64,000 nt of DNA from an uncultured SAR86 cluster bacterium (lineage in GTDB: Bacteria; Pseudomonadota; Gammaproteobacteria; Magnimaribacterales; D2472). Both the position numbers and the translations under genes were made by a program. The stretch lies in NCBI GenBank assembly GCA_902601475.1, contig CACKNK010000002.1, positions 135,739 to 199,738 of the forward strand, read 5' to 3'. Of this stretch, positions 56,595 through 64,000 are shown in pieces (the stretch's first letter is position 1; each line of letters begins with the position of its first letter). The notes beneath the pieces were generated by a model that worked only from the letters and a program-made list of their open reading frames with translations, ran no database searches and had not been told where the DNA came from.

Positions 56595-57381
56595 ATTTAT
56601 TTGAAAAGAAGAGTACCAATATTATCCCAATAATTATCATTGGCAAGGATAAAATTTGACCCATACTTAAGTTAAATGTGAGGTAACCTAAATGAGCATC
56701 GGGCTCTCTAAAAAACTCTACCGAGAACCTAAATAATCCATAAAAAACAAGTAGTGATGATGCAACAACTCCTGGTTTAGGCTTGAATTTACTGACTAAA
56801 TATAAAACATAGAACAAAACAAACCCTTCCAGAATAAGTTCATAGATTTGTGAAGGATGTCTTGGATACCCATATGGATCTGTAGGAAATATAAAGCCCC
56901 ATGATCCACTTGTGGGCTTACCAAATAATTCTCCGTTTAAGAAGTTTCCTAATCTCACAAGACCAAGGCCAATAGGCATGCTGAGAGCTACCGCATCCAT
57001 GATTGATAAAAAGCTTATTTTTTTCTTAACAGAAAATAAAAACATACTAGCTATGACACCCAATAATCCACCGTGAAAGCTAAGGCCTCCCTGCCATACA
57101 TAAAATAAACTTAAAGGATTTGATATTAGTTGTTCAGTTCCATAAAAAATCATATACCCCACACGACCGCCCAACATCGCTCCAAAGAAGAGGCCCCATA
57201 TAAAAACCATGTCGTTAATTTGTTCTGGAGAAAGCCCCTCAGCTGCTAAGATTTTACTTCGTTTTAAATGTTGAAAGATTAATATCGCTGAAAGAATCCA
57301 CGTTAAGGCATAGTACTGAATTCTAAAATTACCTATTTCAATAATGCTCGGATTATTAAAAAATTCTGGAAGTTCAATCAT
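56578..57381 (-). CDS. lgt: Prolipoprotein diacylglyceryl transferase
   Basis: YALTWILS, GGRVGYMIFY, HGGLLGV, HPSQIYE. Confidence 0.9.
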   Translation of the reverse strand: MIELPEFFNNPSIIEIGNFRIQYYALTWILSAILIFQHLKRSKILAAEGLSPEQINDMVFIWGLFFGAMLGGRVGYMIFYGTEQLISNPLSLFYVWQGGLSFHGGLLGVIASMFLFSVKKKISFLSIMDAVALSMPIGLGLVRLGNFLNGELFGKPTSGSWGFIFPTDPYGYPRHPSQIYELILEGFVLFYVLYLVSKFKPKPGVVASSLLVFYGLFRFSVEFFREPDAHLGYLTFNLSMGQILSLPMIIIGIILVLFFSNKYAKLS

Positions 57382-58164
57382 TCAAATAACTAAAAAAATT
57401 GCAACGATAAAAACGAAGACCCCAAATATTCTTTTTAAAAGATCCTCTTTGATTAGATAGGTTAGTCTAGCACCTAATCTTGAAAAGATGATGCTACTGA
57501 AGCTAATCCAAAACACTCCAGGCCAATAGATAAGATTTTCATTGAATCGGAGTGAAGCTAATTCTATTGGTAGGCTAAAGAAAATTGTTGCAGTTACTGC
57601 TATCACAATTCCACAAGCTGCGGAGGTACCAATTGCTTTTCTAATGTCATGCCCAAGTGATTTTAGATATGGGACGGTAAAAGTTCCTCCTCCGATTCCC
57701 AAAGGAATTGATAGAAAGCCAATTATTGAACCAGGAAAAAAATGATTAGTATTTTGGAGCATGATGTTTTTAGTTACTTTAGTTTTACTTGAGAGCATAT
57801 TGATGCCGATATAAATCATAAAAATGACAATTAAAATTTTTAAAAGAAATCCTGAAATTAAGTTAACCAATACCACACCCAACAAAGCTCCTAGGGGTAT
57901 ACCCATACCTATTGATTTAACAAGGTTCCACATAACACCATTTTTTTGATGATGTGCATAGGTTGAAGAAATGCTTGTAATCACAATACATGCCATTGAT
58001 GTAGCAACTGACATTTGAATTATTTGATTGGTGTTTGTATCAGAGAATTCAAAAAGAAAAATTAATGCAGGAACGATAATTGTCCCACCACCAACACCAA
58101 GAAGCCCAGCGATCAAACCTGCTATAGCTCCAACGCCAATCAACAGCAATATTTCAACTAACAT
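57382..58164 (-). CDS. TSUP (TauE/SafE) family anion exporter
   Basis: Duplicated 4-TM halves with LLGVGGGTIIVP and PLGIGGGTFTVPYL motifs. Confidence 0.8.
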   Translation of the reverse strand: MLVEILLLIGVGAIAGLIAGLLGVGGGTIIVPALIFLFEFSDTNTNQIIQMSVATSMACIVITSISSTYAHHQKNGVMWNLVKSIGMGIPLGALLGVVLVNLISGFLLKILIVIFMIYIGINMLSSKTKVTKNIMLQNTNHFFPGSIIGFLSIPLGIGGGTFTVPYLKSLGHDIRKAIGTSAACGIVIAVTATIFFSLPIELASLRFNENLIYWPGVFWISFSSIIFSRLGARLTYLIKEDLLKRIFGVFVFIVAIFLVI

Positions 58165-58687
58165 TAAGCTCAGAATAATGATTTGAAAAAAATCTCAAAA
58201 CTTTTTTATACACATCCTTTTTAAAAAAGATAATCTTTCTAAGAGGATACCAAAAACTTACCCATTCGTACCCGTCAAATTCCTGATCATCATCATTATT
58301 AAAATGTATGTCTGCATTTCTACATAATTTAAACAAATACCATTTTTGCTTTTGACCTAAAAAGCCTCTGAGATTTTTTTTATTTTTTTTATACTCATCA
58401 GGAAGTTCGTATGTTGCCCAGAAATTTGTTGAGCCTATAAATTTTATTTCATTCCTTTTAATATTTACTTCTTCGTATAACTCTCTATAAGCAGCTCTTT
58501 TAGGAGTTTCACCCTGATCAATGCCACCTTGAGGAAATTGCCATGAATTGCTTTTTTTTCTTCTACACAGCAGGACTTTCCCTTGATCATTTATAATTAT
58601 CAGGCCAACATTTTTTCTATATCTTGAAGTATTCAATTTATAAATGAGCGAAGAGAAGTTAGTTATATTTGATCTTGATAATACCAT
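58154..58687 (-). CDS. rppH: RNA pyrophosphohydrolase RppH (NUDIX)
   Basis: YRKNVGLIIIN start region and the Nudix box GGIDQGETPKRAAYRELYEEVNI. The start is uncertain (ATG 58687 or TTG 58637). Confidence 0.85.
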   Translation of the reverse strand: MVLSRSNITNFSSLIYKLNTSRYRKNVGLIIINDQGKVLLCRRKKSNSWQFPQGGIDQGETPKRAAYRELYEEVNIKRNEIKFIGSTNFWATYELPDEYKKNKKNLRGFLGQKQKWYLFKLCRNADIHFNNDDDQEFDGYEWVSFWYPLRKIIFFKKDVYKKVLRFFSNHYSELNVS

Positions 58688-59309
58688 TCTAAATGGTGAT
58701 TCAGATTATTCCATGATCAATTTCTTGGTAGCAAAATCAATTCTTGATAATTCAGCTCTTGATGTAAATCAATCTTTTATGGACGACTATGAGAAAGGCA
58801 AGCTAGATTTTGATGAATACACTAAATTTGCTCTTAAATCATTTATAGGGATGAGCCATATTGAAATTAGTAAACTTACCATTGAATTTGTAAAAGAAGT
58901 CATTGAGCCAATGATCAATATTTATGCTCTTAAGATTATTCATGATCATCAAGATGATGGGTGCAAGATTCTTATAGCAAGTGCTACTAATGAACTTATT
59001 GTAAAACCAATTGCAAAGAGGCTAGAGGTAGCTGATTACTTGGGTACAAAAGTAGAATTTATTGACAATAAGTGTACTGGGAAATATTTACCACCCCCAG
59101 CTTTAGGAGAGGGCAAACTAAAGCTTGTTACCGAGTGGGCAAAGATTGAAGGTTTTAATTTAGAGCTTGCAACCTTTTATAGTGATTCAATTAATGATCT
59201 GCCTTTGTTGGAAAAAGTTAATAATCCTATAGCAGTTAATCCTGATCCAAAATTAGAAAGAATATCAATTAAAAGAGGCTGGGAGATATTGGACTTGCCC
59301 AGAATATAG
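58644..59309 (+). CDS. HAD-IB family hydrolase (SerB-like)
   Basis: VIFDLDNTILNGDSD motif I, ILIASATN, YSDSINDLPLL motif IV. Confidence 0.75.
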   Translation: MSEEKLVIFDLDNTILNGDSDYSMINFLVAKSILDNSALDVNQSFMDDYEKGKLDFDEYTKFALKSFIGMSHIEISKLTIEFVKEVIEPMINIYALKIIHDHQDDGCKILIASATNELIVKPIAKRLEVADYLGTKVEFIDNKCTGKYLPPPALGEGKLKLVTEWAKIEGFNLELATFYSDSINDLPLLEKVNNPIAVNPDPKLERISIKRGWEILDLPRI

Positions 59310-59311
59310 AA

Positions 59312-62197
59312 TTACTCAAAATCTTTAATTGAAGGGCAAGAGCACATAAGATTTCTGTCACCGTGAACATTATCAATTCTGGACACGGGCACCCAATACT
59401 TTGATCTTTTTAGATACTTAAGTGGATAAACAGCTTTCTCTCTTGAGTATGGATGCTCCCATCTATCACTAGTAACTTCCTCTGCTGAATGGGGGGCATG
59501 TTTAAGAACATTATTGTCCAACGGGTAATCTCCATTCTCAACCTCGCTTATTTCATTTCTGATTTCAATCATTGCATCACAAAATCTATCTATCTCTTTT
59601 AATGATTCACTCTCTGTAGGTTCTATCATTAAAGTTCCAGGAACTGGGAATGACATTGTCGGTGCATGAAAGCCAAAGTCTACCAGTCGTTTTGCAATAT
59701 CATCGACTTCAATTCCAATACTCTCTTTTAAAGGCCTTATATCAATAATGCATTCATGGGCAATCATGCCATTTTGACCAGTGTAAAGAATGGCGTAATG
59801 TTCCCTTAACTTATGAGCAATATAGTTAGCGCTCAGGATGGCTACTTGTGTAGCTAATCGCAAAGCCTGTGAGCCCATCATCTGAATGTACATCCAGCTG
59901 ATTGGGAGAATTGAAGCACTTCCAAAATTTGAAGCTGAGATTGGACCAGTTGTATTTTCATCTGAATATGTAAGAGGATCAGAGGGCAAGTAGTCTGATA
60001 ATTCTTCTTCTACTCCAATAGGTCCGACTCCAGGACCACCTCCGCCATGCGGTATACAAAAAGTTTTATGAAGATTTAAGTGAGAAACATCCCCACCAAA
60101 TAAACCAGGCTTACAAAGAGATACCATTGCATTTAGGTTAGCTCCATCTATATATACCTTTCCACCATGAGAATGAATAACATTACAGACTTCTGTGACG
60201 GTTTCTTCAAACACTCCATGCGTAGAGGGATAAGTAATCATAATGCCAGCAAGTTCCTCTGAATTATTGTTTGCCTTATCTTGAAGGTCGTTTAAATCAA
60301 TGTTGCCAGATTTATCACATTTAACAGGCACAACTTTCATGCCTGCCATTTGAGCAGAAGCAGGATTAGTGCCGTGTGCAGATTCTGGTATTAGGCAGAC
60401 TTTTCTATTGTGGTGACCATTGCTTTTATGAAAAGCATCAATTGCTAGTAAGCCAGCATATTCTCCTTGAGAGCCCGCATTAGGCTGCAAAGAAATCGCG
60501 CTGTAGCCGGTAATTTTTTCAAGCATTTGTTCTAGATCATCTATTAACTGGAGGTAGCCTTTAACTTGATGCTCGGGTGCATAGGGATGAATAGATGAGA
60601 ATTCTTCCCAGCCAACCGGAATCATTTCAGAGGTTGCATTTAATTTCATTGTGCAAGATCCAAGAGGGATCATGGCTCGATCAAGAGCGATGTCTTTATC
60701 GCTTAACTTCCTAATGTATCTCAGTAAGTCAGTTTCAGTAAAATAAGTATTAAATACAGGGTGGGCAAGGTAATCAGATTCTCTTTTTGTGTAAGCAGGT
60801 ATTGAATTTAGCTTTGATTTAATTTTTGTCTGCTTTTCATTTTCAAATATTTTTTTAATTATTATCAAATCCTCATCTTCGGTGGTTTCATCAATAGATA
60901 GAGCAACATGATCATTATCAAATTTTCTGAAGCCATATCCAGCTGATTCCGCGGCATCAATAATCTCTTCTGTTTTTTCTTTGGTATTAATTACTAGGGT
61001 ATCGAAGAAACTTGAAGATAAGATTTCATAACCACTTTCAATTAAGAAATTAGCCAAACTTTCGGTTTTCTTATTTATTGAAAGCGCAATGTTTTTTAAA
61101 CCTTTAGGGCCATGATAAACAGCATAGAAGCCTGCAATAATTGCAAGCAAAGCCTGCGCGGTGCAGATATTTGATGTAGCTTTTTCCCTTCGGATATGTT
61201 GCTCACGAGTCTGCAGTGAAAGTCTATAAGAGGTGTTTCCAAGCTTATCCACTGATGCTCCAATGAGCCTGCCTGGCAAAGATCTTTTAAATTTTTCATT
61301 TGCTGCCATGAATGCAGCATGAGGTCCACCGAAACCCAGCGGAACACCAAATCTCTGAGAGTTGCCTATAGCAATATCAAACCCTAGGTCCCCAGGTGCT
61401 TTGATCAAAGTAAGAGCTAGCAAGTCTGTTGCAGCTATAGTGATTATGCCTCTATCTTTTAGAGGCGCTAACAATTCTGTTGAAATCTCAACTGAACCAT
61501 CATTTCCTGGATACTGGAACAACGCTCCAAAAGCTTCACTTGCATTGAATTCCTTTAAATCAATAAGTTCAACATTAATGCCTAATGGTTTAGCTCTTGC
61601 CTTAACTATTGAAATGGTTTGTGGAAAACAATTCTTATCGACAAGAAAAGTATCGCTTTTAGATTTTGAAGACCTATGAGCAAGTGTCATAGCTTCAGCA
61701 GCAGCAGTTGGCTCATCCAACAGAGAAGCATTAGCAATATCAAGGTTTGTTAAATCAGCAACCATTGTTTGAAAGTTGATGAGTGCTTCCAAACGCCCTT
61801 GAGAAATTTCAGCTTGGTAAGGAGTATAGGATGTATACCAGCCTGGATTTTCAAATACGTTTCGCTTGATGACATTTGGCATATATCCTGAGTAATAGCC
61901 TTGACCAATCATTGATTTCACGACAACATTTTTTTTAGCAATTTCTTTTATTTTCTTAAGAGCGCTTTGTTCCGACAAGGGTTCTCCTATATCGGGTAAA
62001 TCATTATTGAGAATATTCTTTGGAACAACCGCTTCAGTAAAGGCATCTATATCTTTGTAACCCAAAGTATCAAGCATATGGTTGATATCATCAGTACTTA
62101 AACCAATATGTCTTGCAGCAAAACCACTCAAGGTTTCTTTAACATTAGTTAAGTAATTGTCATTAGAGCTGTTTTCAGCCTTAAGATTTTTTTTCAT
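59312..62197 (-). CDS. gcvP: Glycine dehydrogenase (decarboxylating), single-chain P protein
   Basis: 961 aa. PLP-Lys region SHLNLHKTFCIPHGGGGPG. YQAEISQGRLEAL. Confidence 0.95.
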   Translation of the reverse strand: MKKNLKAENSSNDNYLTNVKETLSGFAARHIGLSTDDINHMLDTLGYKDIDAFTEAVVPKNILNNDLPDIGEPLSEQSALKKIKEIAKKNVVVKSMIGQGYYSGYMPNVIKRNVFENPGWYTSYTPYQAEISQGRLEALINFQTMVADLTNLDIANASLLDEPTAAAEAMTLAHRSSKSKSDTFLVDKNCFPQTISIVKARAKPLGINVELIDLKEFNASEAFGALFQYPGNDGSVEISTELLAPLKDRGIITIAATDLLALTLIKAPGDLGFDIAIGNSQRFGVPLGFGGPHAAFMAANEKFKRSLPGRLIGASVDKLGNTSYRLSLQTREQHIRREKATSNICTAQALLAIIAGFYAVYHGPKGLKNIALSINKKTESLANFLIESGYEILSSSFFDTLVINTKEKTEEIIDAAESAGYGFRKFDNDHVALSIDETTEDEDLIIIKKIFENEKQTKIKSKLNSIPAYTKRESDYLAHPVFNTYFTETDLLRYIRKLSDKDIALDRAMIPLGSCTMKLNATSEMIPVGWEEFSSIHPYAPEHQVKGYLQLIDDLEQMLEKITGYSAISLQPNAGSQGEYAGLLAIDAFHKSNGHHNRKVCLIPESAHGTNPASAQMAGMKVVPVKCDKSGNIDLNDLQDKANNNSEELAGIMITYPSTHGVFEETVTEVCNVIHSHGGKVYIDGANLNAMVSLCKPGLFGGDVSHLNLHKTFCIPHGGGGPGVGPIGVEEELSDYLPSDPLTYSDENTTGPISASNFGSASILPISWMYIQMMGSQALRLATQVAILSANYIAHKLREHYAILYTGQNGMIAHECIIDIRPLKESIGIEVDDIAKRLVDFGFHAPTMSFPVPGTLMIEPTESESLKEIDRFCDAMIEIRNEISEVENGDYPLDNNVLKHAPHSAEEVTSDRWEHPYSREKAVYPLKYLKRSKYWVPVSRIDNVHGDRNLMCSCPSIKDFE

Positions 62198-62214
62198 ACA
62201 AAATTTAGGATGTT

Positions 62215-62601
62215 TTAGTCTTCACAAACTTCTGAGTATTCTTCTGGGCTTAACAGATCACTCATCTCATCTACATTGATAGGCTTCACTTTAAAAAACC
62301 AACCATCATCATAAGGAGAACCATTCACTGTTTCAGGTTGTTCCTCCAGAGCTGAATTCACTTCAATAATTTCTCCACTTATAGGCGTATAGACATCTGA
62401 TGCTGCCTTTACAGACTCTACTATTGCAGCATCTCCCTCAGCTTCAACTTCTTTGCCAACTTCAGGAAGTTCTATGAAAACTATATCTCCTAATAAATCT
62501 TGAGCATGATCACTGATACCCACAGTAACAGTGCCATCATCTTCAAGTCTTGCCCATTCGTGCGAAGAAAGAAATTTCAAATCACCTGGAATTTCACTCA
62601 T
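62215..62601 (-). CDS. gcvH: Glycine cleavage system H protein
   Basis: Lipoyl-Lys motif [18 protein letters not shown]-terminus. Confidence 0.93.
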   Translation of the reverse strand: MSEIPGDLKFLSSHEWARLEDDGTVTVGISDHAQDLLGDIVFIELPEVGKEVEAEGDAAIVESVKAASDVYTPISGEIIEVNSALEEQPETVNGSPYDDGWFFKVKPINVDEMSDLLSPEEYSEVCED

Positions 62602-62609
62602 GTCTTATT

Positions 62610-63659
62610 TTATATTTTTTTTAGGAATCTAGGGGAAACAAATTCAATTTCAAGCTCTTTATTTCTAATTTTTACTCGCCCGCTTTGTTCAACTGTTCGA
62701 TCAACCCTTGCAAGACCGATACTTTTTTTAAGCGTTGGAGAGAAGGTACCTGATAAGACTGTTCCTTTTCCATCTATGTGAGTAATTTCATATCCTGGCC
62801 TTAGGATACCTTTATCTTTGAGAAGAATTCCAATCATTTTCTGTTCATCTCTCTCATTTATATTTAAAAAAGCTTGCTTACCTATAAACTCTCTGTCCTC
62901 ATCATTTAGATCCACTGTCCAAGTTAGTCCACAAGCATGTGGATTAACGGACTCATCCATATCTGATCCATATAAACAAAATCCAGCTTCCAGTCTTAAC
63001 GTATCCCTTGCAGCTAGGCCTATTGGTTTAGCTCCGCTTTCTATTGCGGAGTTCCAAATCTTTCGAAGATATTTGTTTTCGCATATAACCTCGAAACCTT
63101 CCTCGCCTGTATAGCCTGTTTTTGCAATCATCACCCCATCAACTTTTACACATTCATTTGTGTTTAGAGATGATGCTTCTCCCCCAAATATTTTTTCAAT
63201 TACCTTTATTGAATTAGGGCCTTGAACGGCCAATATACCCTCGTTATCAATGTATTCAACAGAGACATCAAATTCACTTGCATGTCTTTGATACCAGGCT
63301 TCGTTTTTTTCTTTTGTAGCGCAATTAGAAACAATCATGAAATCACCTTCCAAACAATAAACAATTAGGTCATCAATAATTCCAGCATTTTCATTTAGCA
63401 ACAGACCATATAAGGCCTTATTTTTGCTACTTATTTTTTTTACATCATTCGAAAAAATATATCTTAAATAACCTTCTGCATTTTGACCTGAGATCTTAAA
63501 AATACTCATATGCGAAACATCAAAGATACCAACATCATTTCTTACTTGGTGATGTTCATCAATTTGTGAGCCATAGTTGATGGGCATGCTCCAGCCAGAA
63601 AAATCAACCATCTTGGCACCATGAGAAAGGTGATCCTCATATAAAAATGTTTTTTTCAT
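62610..63659 (-). CDS. gcvT: Aminomethyltransferase (glycine cleavage T protein)
   Basis: GWSMPINYGSQIDEHHQVRNDVGIFDVSHM. Confidence 0.93.
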   Translation of the reverse strand: MKKTFLYEDHLSHGAKMVDFSGWSMPINYGSQIDEHHQVRNDVGIFDVSHMSIFKISGQNAEGYLRYIFSNDVKKISSKNKALYGLLLNENAGIIDDLIVYCLEGDFMIVSNCATKEKNEAWYQRHASEFDVSVEYIDNEGILAVQGPNSIKVIEKIFGGEASSLNTNECVKVDGVMIAKTGYTGEEGFEVICENKYLRKIWNSAIESGAKPIGLAARDTLRLEAGFCLYGSDMDESVNPHACGLTWTVDLNDEDREFIGKQAFLNINERDEQKMIGILLKDKGILRPGYEITHIDGKGTVLSGTFSPTLKKSIGLARVDRTVEQSGRVKIRNKELEIEFVSPRFLKKI

Positions 63660-64000
63660 TTATTTATTTTGCTTTGATTCTGTAACTAAAATTATAGCAA
63701 GTAGGGTGCTAATAATTACAAGGACTAGACTTGGATTTGCAGCTAACTCCCACTGTCCTTCAGTAGTGAAGTTGTACACCTGTGTTGATAATGTTTCAAA
63801 TCCTGAAGGCCTTAATAAGATGGTTGCAGGCTGCTCCTTCATGCACTCAATTGCTATGAATAAGAACCCAAACACAAAAGGCTTTTTCAGAAAGCCTAAA
63901 TAACCACTTTTAAATGCTGGCCAAGGCTTTAAGTTATGCAATGCGATTACATGAGTATTATTTTTGGGAATTTGATCTAGTGCCGTAGAAAAGTATCTAT
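63660..64000 (-). CDS. ABC transporter permease, C-terminal part (gene continues beyond the window)
   Basis: The frame stays open upstream of the TTG at 63941 to the window edge (...ALDQIPKNN...). ILLRPSGFETLSTQVYNFTTEGQWELAANPSLVLVIIS resembles the C-terminus of FbpB/ThiP-type permeases. Confidence 0.5.
   Translation of the reverse strand, partial: RYFSTALDQIPKNNTHVIALHNLKPWPAFKSGYLGFLKKPFVFGFLFIAIECMKEQPATILLRPSGFETLSTQVYNFTTEGQWELAANPSLVLVIISTLLAIILVTESKQNK

Noticed and set aside
1-64000. Search by eye for CRISPR arrays, rRNA or tRNA genes, integrases, transposases and IS inverted repeats
   Set aside because: No regularly spaced direct repeats were seen. No intergenic gap is long or GC-rich enough for a tRNA or rRNA. 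No ORF has recombinase or transposase motifs. A tRNAscan/Infernal run is still needed to be certain.

Overview
This window is a visibly AT-rich, very tightly packed chromosomal segment. Gene content and synteny point to a streamlined, probably marine gammaproteobacterium. The rpoH-thiS-thiG-trmB block and the opposite-strand hemW-rdgB-metW-metX-yggT-proC-yggS block follow the order I recall from Pseudomonas-type genomes. I call about 80 CDS. By reading, I found no rRNA, tRNA, CRISPR array, integrase or transposase.

The core content falls into these groups:
- Metabolism and transport: GH3 glycosidase, fatty-acid hydroxylase, two crotonases, AGCS symporter, nitronate monooxygenase.
- uvrD, a TRAP transporter split into dctP and dctQM, and lipB-lipA.
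- A run of three phosphatase genes (e(P4)-type acid phosphatase, PhoA-type alkaline phosphatase, CysQ).
- argS, efp and an ACE-like M2 peptidase.
- A Vibrio TonB2-style energy-transduction cluster (DUF3450, large MotA/ExbB, ExbB, ExbD, TonB, TPR protein).
- folA-thyA-lgt, rppH and gcvTHP.

The unusual part is a roughly 10.5 kb accessory segment (about 19.35-29.81 kb) between lipA and dctM.
- It carries a HTH-WYL-WCX regulator of the BrxR/CapW/PafBC type.
- That regulator is divergent from an eight-gene, translationally coupled minus-strand operon: MORN-repeat protein, exonuclease I-like DEDDh nuclease, GxxExxY-type PD-(D/E)xK protein, HAD phosphatase, three small proteins (one a 2-TM protein) and a 281-aa acidic protein.
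- It also holds an orphan 426-aa protein, several small highly acidic proteins and a GIY-YIG-like nuclease with a large insertion.
- A 168-aa/86-aa gene pair completes the segment.

A 17-bp palindrome (ACGACA-N5-TGTCGT) occurs three times, each 13-24 nt upstream of a start codon. The three genes are the operon's first gene, the WYL gene and the 168-aa gene. This links the loci into one putative regulon. I consider it the best candidate for an undescribed WYL-controlled system, either defence or DNA-damage-type. All functional calls rest on motif recognition by eye; no database searches were run.
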